Positions 15,674 through 25,428 of a stretch of DNA of 64,000 bases are shown in pieces. Numbering within the stretch: position 1 is the stretch's first letter; every line of letters begins with the position of its first letter. Under the pieces are notes generated by a model. The model was not told the origin of the DNA. It searched no databases and was given only the letters and a program-made list of their open reading frames with translations. The stretch is from the NCBI GenBank assembly GCA_035484815.1, contig DATHOO010000046.1, positions 3,850 to 67,849 on the forward strand, read 5' to 3'. This stretch comes from Candidatus Acidiferrales bacterium. Lineage in GTDB: Bacteria > Vulcanimicrobiota > Vulcanimicrobiia > Vulcanimicrobiales > Vulcanimicrobiaceae. A program made the translations under genes and the position numbers.

Positions 15674-18600
15674 CTAAATAGCCTCCAGAAGCCGCCGTAG
15701 CAGGGCCATCCAATCACCCCCGGCGGGCAGATCGACGAGAATTCGCCCTTCCGCAAAACGGAACCGGTTCTTGGTCAGCTTCTGGACCTCGGGGAGCGCT
15801 GCCGCGTCAAGTGCAAAGCCCGAACCGACCCCAAGCGTGAGGCGCCGCTCGTCGACGACCACCCGCGTCACATGCTTGCGTAACGCGATCGCGCGCAGCT
15901 TTGTCAACTCGACGAGATTCGCAAGCGGCGGCGGCAACGCACCGAAACGGTCGCGCACGCCGGCGGCAACCTCGTCGACCTCCTCTTCCGTGCGAGCCCT
16001 TGCCAGCTGTTGGTAGACCGCGATCTTCTGCGAAACCTGCGAGATGTAATCGTTGGGAATAAAGGCGTCGATCTTGACGTCAATGACCGCTTGGCGCCGA
16101 TCCTCGAGGGCGGCCGGAGCGCCGCGCCGCTCCGCGATGGCCTCGGCGAGCATTTCACAGTACGCATCGAAGCCCACCGACGCGATGAAGCCCGACTGTG
16201 CCGCGCCGAGCAAATTTCCGGCGCCTCGAATCTCGAGATCGCGCATCGCGATCTGCAACCCCGAGCCGAGATGCGCGAACTCGCGGATCGCTTCGAGCCG
16301 CGCCTTGGCGTCTTCTGTAAGCGCCTTGTGCCCCTGGTAGAGCAGATAGCAGTAGGCTTGGTGGTTTGAGCGCCCGACGCGGCCGCGCAGCTGGTAAAGC
16401 TGCGCTAATCCGAAGCGGTCGGCGTCGTTGACGATCATCGTGTTGACGTTGGGAATGTCGATCCCGTTCTCGATGATCGTCGTCGCGATAAGCACGTCCA
16501 ACTCGCCGTCGATGAAACGCTGCATGACCGGTTCGATTTCGGCTTCGCGCATCTGGCCATGTCCCACGCCGATCCGTGCGCGCGGCACGAGCTGCTCCAG
16601 CGCGTTACGAACGGCATAGATCGATTCGATCCGGTTGTGCAGATAGTAGACCTGTCCGCCGCGATCGAGTTCGGCGCCGATCGCTCGCTGGACGATGGCA
16701 TCGCTGGCCGGAACGACCACCGTCTTGATCGACATTCGGTTCTTGGGCGCGGTTTGGATCAGCGAGAGATCGCGAACGCCCATGAGCGACATGTGCAGCG
16801 TACGTGGTATCGGCGTGGCCGACAGGGTGAGGACGTCGACGCTGGCGCGGTACTCTTTGAGCCGCTCCTTGTGCATCACCCCGAACCGCTGCTCTTCGTC
16901 GATGACGATCAGTCCGAGATCGGCGAACGCAACGTCCTTTTGCAGCAGGCGGTGCGTACCGATGATGACGTCGACTTTTCCCTGCGCCAGATCGGCAAGG
17001 ATGCGCTTCTGATCGGCTTTTCGCGTAAAGCGTGAGAGTTCTTCGACCACAACGGGAAAGGCCCCGAAGCGGGCGCTGAAGGTGCGATAATGCTGGTCGG
17101 CAAGCAGCGTCGTCGGAACCAGGACGGCGACCTGTTTATGATCGGCGATCGCTTTGAAGGCCGCGCGCATCGCAACCTCCGTCTTGCCGTAGCCGACGTC
17201 GCCGCAGACGAGCCGATCCATCGGGCGCGTGCCTTCCATGTCGCCCTTGGTCGAATCGATCGCTTTCTGCTGGTCGGGTGTCGGATCGTAGGGGAACGCC
17301 TCCTCCATTTCGGTTTGCCACGTGGTATCGGGACCGAACGCGAAGCCGCGCGACATCTCGCGTTCTGCGTAGATTGCGACGAGTTCGTCGGCGATCTTTT
17401 CCAGCGATTCGGAGACGCGCGATTTGGTGCGCGCCCAGTCGCCGCCTCCCATTTTGGAAAGGCGCGGCGTTGCGCCTTCGGCCGCCGCGTACTTGGCGAT
17501 CTGGTGCATCTGCGTAACCGGCACGAGCATGCGATCGCTGCCGGCATAGCGCAGGTCGAGATAGTCTTGCGTGGCACCCAGAATCGTTTCCGCGCGCAGT
17601 CCCAAGTATTGACCGATGCCATGTACCGCGTGCACGACGTAATCGCCGACGCGCAGGTCGGCGAGCGTAACCGGAACGCCCTCCTTGACCGCGCGAATTT
17701 TGACGCGCTTGGGTGGTGCGCCGAAGATTTCGCGGTCACCGAGCACGCGTAGCCGCTGCCCGAGAACGCGAAAGCCCGCTTCGATTGAGCCATGATCGAC
17801 GAAGACCCCGCCGCGCGAGCGGCGCCCGATCTCGATCCCGGCAGCGCGCAGCAGGTCGGTCGTGCGCGAGACGGCGGCGCTGACGATGAAAATACTCTCG
17901 CCGGCCTCGCTCCACTCACGCATCGCGGCGGCGAAGAGCTCGATCTGCCGATTAAAGTGCTCGATGGGGAGACATTCGAAGACGTACGATTCGAGCGCCG
18001 GCGCCACCCAATCGACATGCGCACCGGTTTCGATTCCGCCTGGAAACACGAGCGTCGCCCACCCTTTGAGCGACGCGCCGATCTCCTCGAGTGAGATCGT
18101 CGCCGGGATGCTGCCCAGCAACGCTTCGTCTTGGCGATCACCGGCAAGCAGGGTGTGACGCTCGCGCGCGCGTTCTTCGTCGAGTGCCTGCGCGACCGCA
18201 GCGATCGTCGGCGGCTCATCGAGAACGATCGCCGCACGCGCTGGAAGATAATCCAGGAGCGTCGCTCCGCCTTCGTACGGATCGCTCCAGGGCGCCACCG
18301 CCACGGCGTTGACCGGCTCATTGCTGCGCTGCGATTCGATCGCGAAAGAGCGCATCGACTCGATCCGGTCGCCGAAGAACTCGATCCGGACTGGTGCTTC
18401 GGAAGTGGCTGCAAAGAGATCGACAATGCCTCCGCGCACGGCATACTCGCCGACCGCGCTCACCACGTCGCAGCGCGTGTAGCCGAGCCGAAAGAGCCGC
18501 TCGATGAGCTGTTCCCATCCAGGCTCGTCGCCGGACCGCAAAACGAGGCGGTTATCCTCGAAATCCTTGCGTGCCATGAAGCGTTGGCGCACGGCGGCGA

Positions 18601-19021
18601 TCGGCGCCAAGATAAGCCGGGCTTTTTCGTCGGCCAGGTCGGCGAGCAACGTTATCCGCGCGCTGCGTTCCGATGGACTCTCGATCGCGCCGAGCGCCTC
18701 GTCGCGCGAACGTAACAAGGCGACTCGTTCGCTATGCTCGCCGAGGTAGTAGAGGAGATCGGCATAACTGCGTTCGGCCGCGTCGGGCGTTGGGAGGATG
18801 ACGAGCAGCGTTCCGCCCAGGGCATGCTGCAACGCGGCGAGGAGCGCCGGGCGAGCCGCCGCGATTGTTTCGTGCAGCGCGCATACGCCTGGTTTGCGCC
18901 CTGGCAGTGCGCGCAACGAACGCATCCGCTCGATGGCGTTTTGCCAAGCGGTTGAGTCGGCGAGCGTGGCGAGCAGATCCTCGGCCAGTCGCTGCGTGCG
19001 TGGGAGGGTGTCGAGCATCAT
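15674..19021 (-). CDS. mfd: Transcription-repair coupling factor
   Basis: 1115 aa. CarD-like domain (DLRVGDYVVHAVHGIGQYLG), DEAD/DEAH helicase motifs (LVCGDVGYGKTEVA, VIDEEQRFG) and a TRCF C-terminal domain. Confidence 0.95.
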   Translation of the reverse strand: MMLDTLPRTQRLAEDLLATLADSTAWQNAIERMRSLRALPGRKPGVCALHETIAAARPALLAALQHALGGTLLVILPTPDAAERSYADLLYYLGEHSERVALLRSRDEALGAIESPSERSARITLLADLADEKARLILAPIAAVRQRFMARKDFEDNRLVLRSGDEPGWEQLIERLFRLGYTRCDVVSAVGEYAVRGGIVDLFAATSEAPVRIEFFGDRIESMRSFAIESQRSNEPVNAVAVAPWSDPYEGGATLLDYLPARAAIVLDEPPTIAAVAQALDEERARERHTLLAGDRQDEALLGSIPATISLEEIGASLKGWATLVFPGGIETGAHVDWVAPALESYVFECLPIEHFNRQIELFAAAMREWSEAGESIFIVSAAVSRTTDLLRAAGIEIGRRSRGGVFVDHGSIEAGFRVLGQRLRVLGDREIFGAPPKRVKIRAVKEGVPVTLADLRVGDYVVHAVHGIGQYLGLRAETILGATQDYLDLRYAGSDRMLVPVTQMHQIAKYAAAEGATPRLSKMGGGDWARTKSRVSESLEKIADELVAIYAEREMSRGFAFGPDTTWQTEMEEAFPYDPTPDQQKAIDSTKGDMEGTRPMDRLVCGDVGYGKTEVAMRAAFKAIADHKQVAVLVPTTLLADQHYRTFSARFGAFPVVVEELSRFTRKADQKRILADLAQGKVDVIIGTHRLLQKDVAFADLGLIVIDEEQRFGVMHKERLKEYRASVDVLTLSATPIPRTLHMSLMGVRDLSLIQTAPKNRMSIKTVVVPASDAIVQRAIGAELDRGGQVYYLHNRIESIYAVRNALEQLVPRARIGVGHGQMREAEIEPVMQRFIDGELDVLIATTIIENGIDIPNVNTMIVNDADRFGLAQLYQLRGRVGRSNHQAYCYLLYQGHKALTEDAKARLEAIREFAHLGSGLQIAMRDLEIRGAGNLLGAAQSGFIASVGFDAYCEMLAEAIAERRGAPAALEDRRQAVIDVKIDAFIPNDYISQVSQKIAVYQQLARARTEEEVDEVAAGVRDRFGALPPPLANLVELTKLRAIALRKHVTRVVVDERRLTLGVGSGFALDAAALPEVQKLTKNRFRFAEGRILVDLPAGGDWMALLRRLLEAI

Positions 19022-19031
19022 GGGCCGCTTA

Positions 19032-20234
19032 TTATATCAAGAGTCCGGCGAGGGGAAGCGTGGCGAGGACGCCCAGCGCGACGCCGGCCGCCGTAGGCGG
19101 CGTCGCGACCGCATCGGGAAGGTAGCGAAGCATCGACGTAAAGGAGAGCAACAGCGCGACGCTTGCCGCACGCGTTCGCGGAGCCGATGCGGCTAGCGCA
19201 ACGAGCCAAATGGCGTACCAGGGGTAGGGATTGGGGATCAGCACCCACCCCGCCAGCCCCAAATAGATCCACCCTTGCGGTTGGGCGCGGCGAACGAGCC
19301 CAATTGCGCGGGCGCTCAACGCCGCCGCCAGGACGGCCGCAACCAGTAGGGCAGGGATCGGCCCCAGCGGTGCAAGCACCGCTTGCAATGAGGCTTGCGG
19401 CAGGTACTGGCCGTGCGGCGCCAGTCGCGTTGCGAAACCCGCAAAGAGCGGGATTAAGAGGAAGCCGGCGATTGCGATACCGGCGGCGGCACCCAAACGC
19501 GCTTGGCGATTGACGACGGCAAGCGCAACGGCTGCGGTAGCACCCGGGAGTTTGATGAGCGCGGAGAGCGCCACAAGCGCGGCGCCGACTGCGGCCAGGC
19601 GCCGCTGGACGAGCGCAAATCCGGCGAGCACCACGGCGAGCGCGAGCGCGTCGTTGTGCCCCTCCGCCGTGCACCAGAGCACAACCGGATTCAAGCCGAT
19701 CGTCGCTGCAGCGCGCAGTCGCGCAGCGCGATCGCCTTCGAATGCGGCATAGGCAAGCGGTACGCACGAGACGAGTGCGACCGACGCGATCGCCCGCATG
19801 CCTTGAAGCTGCGCGACCGTACCGAGCGGTGCCAGCGCGCTCACCAGCAACTTCGCGAGCAGGACGAATGCGGGGCCGTAAACGCAGATCGGAAATGCAC
19901 CGCTCCACTGCGCGATCGCGTCACGAATCAGCGTGTCGCCGGTGGCGGTCGCGACGAGCGCGTATGGATCGAGTCCGAGTCGTGCCATCTCGCCGTAGGC
20001 CGCATACGCGTAGACGTCGCTGGAAAAAAGAACCGGAACGCACCACGCGATCGCGAGCCCAATCGCAACGAGCGACGTCAAACCCACCAGCGAGAGTCGC
20101 TCGGGGGCGGCGAGCAGGCGCCAATAGACGATGCCTGCCGCCGCTACGGCGAGAAAAAGCAGGCCAAGCAGTAGGGCGCCGGGCGCACCCCAATCTGTAA
20201 CGACGACCAAAGGCTGGGTCGCACCGGTGTTCAC
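19032..20234 (-). CDS. GT-C-type integral membrane glycosyltransferase, MptB/DUF2029-like (polyprenyl-phosphate-sugar dependent), putative
   Basis: Start moved to GTG 20234, which makes a GTGA overlap with the upstream stop. About 400 aa and polytopic. The motif FSSDVYAYAAYGEMARLGLDPYA resembles mycobacterial MptB-type mannosyltransferases. NPYPWY near the C-terminus. Confidence 0.55.
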   Translation of the reverse strand: MNTGATQPLVVVTDWGAPGALLLGLLFLAVAAAGIVYWRLLAAPERLSLVGLTSLVAIGLAIAWCVPVLFSSDVYAYAAYGEMARLGLDPYALVATATGDTLIRDAIAQWSGAFPICVYGPAFVLLAKLLVSALAPLGTVAQLQGMRAIASVALVSCVPLAYAAFEGDRAARLRAAATIGLNPVVLWCTAEGHNDALALAVVLAGFALVQRRLAAVGAALVALSALIKLPGATAAVALAVVNRQARLGAAAGIAIAGFLLIPLFAGFATRLAPHGQYLPQASLQAVLAPLGPIPALLVAAVLAAALSARAIGLVRRAQPQGWIYLGLAGWVLIPNPYPWYAIWLVALAASAPRTRAASVALLLSFTSMLRYLPDAVATPPTAAGVALGVLATLPLAGLLI

Positions 20235-21466
20235 GCTTCGCGCGCGAGTGCCGCAGCCGAAATGCCGAGCAAGAGCCACCATGCGCCGGCGACTTTCGGA
20301 TAGAAGACGAGATAGTCGACCGTTTGGTGGAACACGAGTGCGAGACTCGCTGCGAAGGCGGCGAGGATCCAGGGTGATCCGTTGCGCCACCGGCGGAGCG
20401 GGTCTTTGCCGGTGACGCTTGTGAAAATCGCAGCCAACAGCGCCAGCGTTGCGGCAAAAAGAACGACACCGCCCTCGGCGAGTGATTGAAGGTACCAACT
20501 ATTGGCGTGCGTCCGCACCCCGGAGACGCCGTAGATCGGAAGCGCAAACTCGAAGTTGCCGGCGCCGATTCCCAGAATCGGCCGGTCGCGCCACATGCGC
20601 AAGGCCGCATGCCACAGCTCGGCGCGATTTCCGACGCCGCCGGCGTAGAGACTCTCCTGCAGTGAAGCTCGGATCACGCCGGGATTATGCGCGTAGATCG
20701 CCCACCACGCCGTGCCCGCCAGCCCGGCGATCAAGCCGAGCACGCCCGGCTGTAGCGCGCGCCAGGCCGGCTTTCCACCGACGACGCCGAGGACCAGCGC
20801 CACGATGCCCAAGCCGATTAGACCGGCGCGCGAGAACGTTAGAACATCGGCAAAGACGATCAGCGCAAGCGCGACGTCGAGCAGGCGGGAACGACCGGTG
20901 AGCGACCAAGCACCGAGCGTTGCGACCGCGATTTCAGAGTAGCCCGAAAGCTGATTGGGACCTTCGAGCAGCCCGGCGATGCGCGGAACGATCGCCGCGC
21001 CGATATACAGGCCCGAAGGCGCGCCAACCACTTCTTGCGCCAACGCCGAGAGCGAAACGACTATCGCGGCAATCGCGACTGCAACCAGCGGCGGAGCATC
21101 GTCGCCATCGACGTGATAACAGAGAAAGGCTGCCGCGAAGGTCGCCACGTACTGGATGACCTTCAGTGTTTCGCGAAGCGCGGCGCCGCGATGCGCCGCG
21201 TCGATGATCGTTAGCGCGGTCGCAATGAAATAGAGTCCGAGTGCACCGAGCAGCAGTGGAGCCGGGGGTTTGCGGAGCGCGCCGAGGATGCCGCGATAAG
21301 TCGAGAGCCCGATCAACACCCCAATGAGCACCGCTTTTGGCAGCGTGATCGTCGTGCCGAGCACCTCGTGAGCGAATGCAATCGGCGTCGTCAAGATGAG
21401 CGCACCAAGTCCGTACGCCGGGCGGCGCGCGGTGAGGATCGAGGCGGCGACGAGCGCGGCGAGCAA
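20231..21466 (-). CDS. O-antigen ligase / polymerase-like (Wzy_C) membrane protein
   Basis: 411 aa and polytopic. FSRAGLIGLGIV... and the HANSWYLQSLAEGGVV motif are typical of the O-antigen ligase family. Start is uncertain. Confidence 0.7.
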   Translation of the reverse strand: MLAALVAASILTARRPAYGLGALILTTPIAFAHEVLGTTITLPKAVLIGVLIGLSTYRGILGALRKPPAPLLLGALGLYFIATALTIIDAAHRGAALRETLKVIQYVATFAAAFLCYHVDGDDAPPLVAVAIAAIVVSLSALAQEVVGAPSGLYIGAAIVPRIAGLLEGPNQLSGYSEIAVATLGAWSLTGRSRLLDVALALIVFADVLTFSRAGLIGLGIVALVLGVVGGKPAWRALQPGVLGLIAGLAGTAWWAIYAHNPGVIRASLQESLYAGGVGNRAELWHAALRMWRDRPILGIGAGNFEFALPIYGVSGVRTHANSWYLQSLAEGGVVLFAATLALLAAIFTSVTGKDPLRRWRNGSPWILAAFAASLALVFHQTVDYLVFYPKVAGAWWLLLGISAAALAREA

Positions 21467-21542
21467 TGCCGCCGCCGATGGTGGATCGAGCGGTATCGGA
21501 ACGGTAAACCGATCGATGACCGGTGTGTACGTCAGATGCGCC

Positions 21543-22505
21543 TCAAGATCGTTCGATATCGCTGATAAGGTAGAGCGGGCGCCCTTTCACTTCATCGTAG
21601 ACGCGTCCAATGTATTCGCCGAGAATTCCCAGGCTCATAAGTTGCACGCCGCCCAAAAAGAGTACCGCGACGATGGTCGAAGCCCACCCCGGCGTGTATG
21701 CCGGCGGCCGCAAGCTGAAGAGCTTGAACGCGATAATGATCAGCGCATAGACGAACGCGATCGCGCTGACGGCGAAGCCGACATAGGATGCGAAGCGCAA
21801 GGGAATGTCGGAGAACGACGTGATGCCGTCCATTGCGAAGCGAACCATCTTTCCCACCGGGTATTTCGTCGAGCCGGCGTAACGCACGTCGCGATCGTAC
21901 TCGATTGCCGTTTGATTGAAGCCTACCCAGCTTACCATTCCGCGCAGAAAGCGGTGGCGCTCCGTCGAGCGGCGCAGCGCTTCGACCACGCGCCGGCTCA
22001 TCAAACGAAAATCGCCGGTGTCCAGCGGAATAGCGATCTTCGTCAACCGTTTGATGACGCGGTAAAACGCCCGCGCGGTCAGCAGCTTGAACCGGCTCTC
22101 ACCGGGACGTGCGCGGCGAACAGCGTAAACCACGTCGTACCCTTGCCGCCACTTGCGCACGAAGGCTTCGATCAACTCCGGCGGATCTTGCAAATCGCCA
22201 TCCATCAGGACGACGGCATCGCCCGCCGCGATTTCGATTCCGGCCGTCGCCGCTAACTGATGTCCAAAGTTGCGCGAGAGATTGATGAGCACGACGTGGC
22301 GGTAACGCTGCATCGCGCTGCGGATCGCCGACGCGGTGGCGTCGGTGCTGCCATCGTTGACCAGTACGATCTCGAAATCGTAGTCGGTGCGCAGGCGTTC
22401 GACAACGCCGGCGATGCGGTCGACCAGCGGCGCGACGTTCTCCGCTTCGTTGTAGAGTGGGACGACGATGCTGAGCAGCGGCCGGCTGTGGGGCTTCATG
22501 GACAC
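21543..22505 (-). CDS. GT2 polyprenyl-phosphate glycosyltransferase (GtrB/ArnC/CsbB-like)
   Basis: 320 aa. LSIVVPLYNEAENV, VLVNDGSTDAT, and DGDLQDPPE motifs, plus two C-terminal TM helices. Confidence 0.85.
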   Translation of the reverse strand: MSMKPHSRPLLSIVVPLYNEAENVAPLVDRIAGVVERLRTDYDFEIVLVNDGSTDATASAIRSAMQRYRHVVLINLSRNFGHQLAATAGIEIAAGDAVVLMDGDLQDPPELIEAFVRKWRQGYDVVYAVRRARPGESRFKLLTARAFYRVIKRLTKIAIPLDTGDFRLMSRRVVEALRRSTERHRFLRGMVSWVGFNQTAIEYDRDVRYAGSTKYPVGKMVRFAMDGITSFSDIPLRFASYVGFAVSAIAFVYALIIIAFKLFSLRPPAYTPGWASTIVAVLFLGGVQLMSLGILGEYIGRVYDEVKGRPLYLISDIERS

Positions 22506-22546
22506 AAAGAAGTCTTCAACCTCACTAGGGCAGAACCAAGCCCGGC

Positions 22547-23119
22547 ATGGTGCAAGCCTCCCGCGTGATCTTCATCGCGGCATTTTCGTTGGGGATCACC
22601 GGCTGTAGCCAAGCCCCCCACGAGCCGGCGTCGCAGCCTTCGCCGGCGCCCGCGAAGCAGCAGCATCTCCCGGGGGCAACCGCGTCCGCGGCGCCGGGGC
22701 TGCCACCCTCAGCGCGGCCATCGCAACGTCCCGCCGCGACGAGCGCCCCCTCGCCGCCGTCCTCGCCTTCGCCGGCGCCGACAAAGCTTACGACGCAAGC
22801 GCCGGCTCCGCCAAAGGTCGAACGGCTCCCGCCCGGCTCGCCGCCGCAGATTCTCGACGTCGCCGTGAGCCGCACCACCGTGCAGCCCGGCGACCGGGTT
22901 TTTGGCCGGGTCGTCACGACCTCAAACGTGGCCAGCGTCGAGGCGCGGATCGGGAACTACTCCTTGAACCTCGCAAAGGTCGGGGTCGGGCGATTCGAGC
23001 TCAGCTATACCGTCGGCCCGCTTCCGTGGTTCATTCACGGTCACTTCACGATGCACGTGATCGCGCGCAACGCGCGCGGCGACGCCGCAATGCGTGCGAT
23101 TCCACTGACCGTTCGCTAG
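22547..23119 (+). CDS. Hypothetical lipoprotein with Pro/Ala/Ser-rich linker and a beta-rich C-terminal domain
   Basis: 190 aa. Lipobox FSLGITGC, a roughly 90-aa low-complexity linker, then a C-terminal domain of about 90 aa. Confidence 0.6.
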   Translation: MVQASRVIFIAAFSLGITGCSQAPHEPASQPSPAPAKQQHLPGATASAAPGLPPSARPSQRPAATSAPSPPSSPSPAPTKLTTQAPAPPKVERLPPGSPPQILDVAVSRTTVQPGDRVFGRVVTTSNVASVEARIGNYSLNLAKVGVGRFELSYTVGPLPWFIHGHFTMHVIARNARGDAAMRAIPLTVR

Positions 23120-23161
23120 ATCGCGGGCAGGCAGAGGGCAGCAGAAAACATCGCCACATGG

Positions 23162-24574
23162 TTGCCTAGCCTCGGCCAAGAGGAACATCCCGCCCGGCAT
23201 CGCCGAGCTGCGTTGGCCTGGGAAGCGGGGGTCGTAGCCCTCTTCGCTGCGCTGGCAACGGCACTGATTCTCATCGTTCGATGGCGCTATGCAATCTTCC
23301 GCAACGGCGTCGATCTTGGCATCTTTACTCAGGTCGTCGCCGGCGCCGGCCGCGGCTTCTCAAGCACGGCCGAGGGCGGCGTGAATCATCTGCTCGTGCA
23401 CTGGTCGCCAATAATTGTAACGGGCTGGCCACTCGTGCGCGGGTTCGGGCCGCTGGGGCTGCAGTACTTCCAGGTGGTGCTCGTCGCAGCCGTACTATTC
23501 CCGATATGGGGTCTGGCGCGCGCCCGGTTCGGCCCCGGCGCCGCCTTCGCTCTCGTCGCGGTTTGCGCTCTCTATCCGATTCTTTGGGCAAATGGCGTCG
23601 GAGATTTTCACGAGATGGCTTTTGTCCCGCTACTCTCGGCGACGCTCGTTTACGGACTCGACCGCCGGCGTTGGACAATCGGTCTCGTGGCAACCGTGCT
23701 TCTTCTCTGTACGAAGGAGGATCAGTTCGTCGTTCTCTTCGTAAACGGCATACTGTTTGCGGCGACCGCGGGCCGCGACCGGCAGGCCAAGCGCATGGGA
23801 ACGATCGTCGCGGCTTTGGCGATTGCCTTTGCGGGAGTCTATTTCGGAATCGTGCGCAACGCCTTGAATCCACGAGTAGCGTACGCATCGCTGGATTTCT
23901 TCAATTGGACGCGTTATGGAGGCGTGCACGGCTTTTCTTGGAGCGTCGTCGCGGTACGCGTTGCCTATGTCGTGGTTATTCTTGCGCCGGTTGCATTTTT
24001 ACCATGTATTTCACGCTACGGGCTCTTCCTGATTGCCGGTTTCGCCGAAGTGCTTGCCTCGCGCCAACCGGTCACGCTTGCGGCCGGCGCACACTACAGC
24101 GCCTTGCTCACCGGTTACGTCTTAGCGGGTTTCGTCGACGGTGCTTCGCGATTGGCGGCGTACCGGCCGAGGCTCTCCACGGCGCTGGTCGCCGCGGCCG
24201 CCGTTGCGTCGGTGTGGTTTCAGATTTTCGCCAGTCCGATGGAGTACTGGTACTATTTGTATCGGCGCCCCAATGCTCACGACGAGCACCTTGGGGCGGT
24301 GCTGAGAACGCTGCCGCCACGCGCCGATGTCGGCGCTGAAGACGAGATCTTCGCGCACCTCGGTCTCGACCCCAAGGCATCGATCGATTTTGCCGGCCAG
24401 CAATGGTTTGTATACGATCGGACTCACTATTCGGAACGCTGGGCGCAATCCGATGAGCCTGCAGTTCGACGAGCACTCGCGCGACGCGACTACGCTATCG
24501 AGAGCGATCGTGATGCCATCGTGGTTCTGCGACGGTTAGAGGCGCCTTTGCGCGCCGAGCCACCGAATCAATAA
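23162..24574 (+). CDS. DUF2079-family polytopic membrane protein (predicted GT-C-like)
   Basis: 470 aa. FRNGVDLGIFTQVV...HWSPII pattern and multiple TM helices, as in DUF2079. TTG start. Confidence 0.65.
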   Translation: MPSLGQEEHPARHRRAALAWEAGVVALFAALATALILIVRWRYAIFRNGVDLGIFTQVVAGAGRGFSSTAEGGVNHLLVHWSPIIVTGWPLVRGFGPLGLQYFQVVLVAAVLFPIWGLARARFGPGAAFALVAVCALYPILWANGVGDFHEMAFVPLLSATLVYGLDRRRWTIGLVATVLLLCTKEDQFVVLFVNGILFAATAGRDRQAKRMGTIVAALAIAFAGVYFGIVRNALNPRVAYASLDFFNWTRYGGVHGFSWSVVAVRVAYVVVILAPVAFLPCISRYGLFLIAGFAEVLASRQPVTLAAGAHYSALLTGYVLAGFVDGASRLAAYRPRLSTALVAAAAVASVWFQIFASPMEYWYYLYRRPNAHDEHLGAVLRTLPPRADVGAEDEIFAHLGLDPKASIDFAGQQWFVYDRTHYSERWAQSDEPAVRRALARRDYAIESDRDAIVVLRRLEAPLRAEPPNQ

Positions 24575-25428
24575 CCCGGAGGACGACCGGGCGGTGGCTG
24601 CGGTTGCGGCGGCGGCACGCTGATTGGCAGATTCGGGAACGGCGCCGGGTTGTACGGGGTCGGCATGATTTGAGGCTGCGGCTGATTGACCGAGCCCGGT
24701 CCCGAATCTTGCCAGGCGTAGACGGTGTCGCGGCGAGTGAGCACGTCGGCATCGGCGACGACGAAACTGCGGGGCGGACGGGTCAGGCCATTCTGCGCGA
24801 CCTCTTGGGATTGCAGCGAGCCGCGGTCGTAGAGGTAGCGAAATATCGTTCCCGAGTTAAACCGGCGCGTGATTTGATAGTGGAGCGCATCGACGCGGTC
24901 CATCGGAATGGCTTGCGCGTTCCAGCCGCTCTGATCGGTCGTGATGTAGATCGATGAGGTGAACGGCGTGTACGGTGGAACCTGCACGATGAACGTCACG
25001 AGCACCGGCCGGCCGGAGAAGGTTTGTGACGCCACGGCGCTCTCTCCCGGCCCCGGCGTTTGGATGTTCTTGAGCAGGTCGGGATTCGGAACCGGCGAGG
25101 AGAGCGCGACGGCAAAATGGGCAACGTCGGCAAAGTTTCCCTGCGGCGGAAGCGGGCTATGCGAGAGATCGAGCTCGGTAACCGTACCCGAGGGGTCGAA
25201 CGTCGCGCGTGCCCAGATCCGCGGGGCGGGCTTGATCGTCGTCGGGCCGCCGGTCTTCGCGTCGCGAATCGCGATGTTCGGTGCAACGTGAAATCCGTCG
25301 CCGGTGGTAAAGAAGACGAAGCCGTCTTGATAAGCGAGGAGCTGCCCGCTCACGACAACCGGCGAGCCGGCGGCCAGCAGCACGATCGCTAGCGCCAGGG
25401 CGGCAAGGCAGAGAATGCGTTGGGTCAT
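24568..25428 (-). CDS. Secreted protein with a beta-sandwich (CBM-like) region and a Pro-rich C-terminus, coupled to the LptD-like gene
   Basis: 286 aa. N-terminal signal peptide. Its ATG overlaps the stop of the upstream gene (ATGA at 25425-25428). C-terminus PPPQPQPPPGRPPGY. Confidence 0.6.
   Translation of the reverse strand: MTQRILCLAALALAIVLLAAGSPVVVSGQLLAYQDGFVFFTTGDGFHVAPNIAIRDAKTGGPTTIKPAPRIWARATFDPSGTVTELDLSHSPLPPQGNFADVAHFAVALSSPVPNPDLLKNIQTPGPGESAVASQTFSGRPVLVTFIVQVPPYTPFTSSIYITTDQSGWNAQAIPMDRVDALHYQITRRFNSGTIFRYLYDRGSLQSQEVAQNGLTRPPRSFVVADADVLTRRDTVYAWQDSGPGSVNQPQPQIMPTPYNPAPFPNLPISVPPPQPQPPPGRPPGY

Noticed and set aside
16909-18444. A 511-aa ORF in an alternative minus-strand frame inside mfd.
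   Set aside because: It lies entirely within the strongly supported mfd frame. The product is Ser/Arg/Ala-rich nonsense, so it is a GC artefact. The same applies to 1947..2975, 19018..19908, 19921..20610, 23281..24339, 30754..32004, 31898..32779, 33102..34262, 35305..36162, 38065..38898, 50197..50997, 51479..52249, 52195..53136 and 61674..62456.
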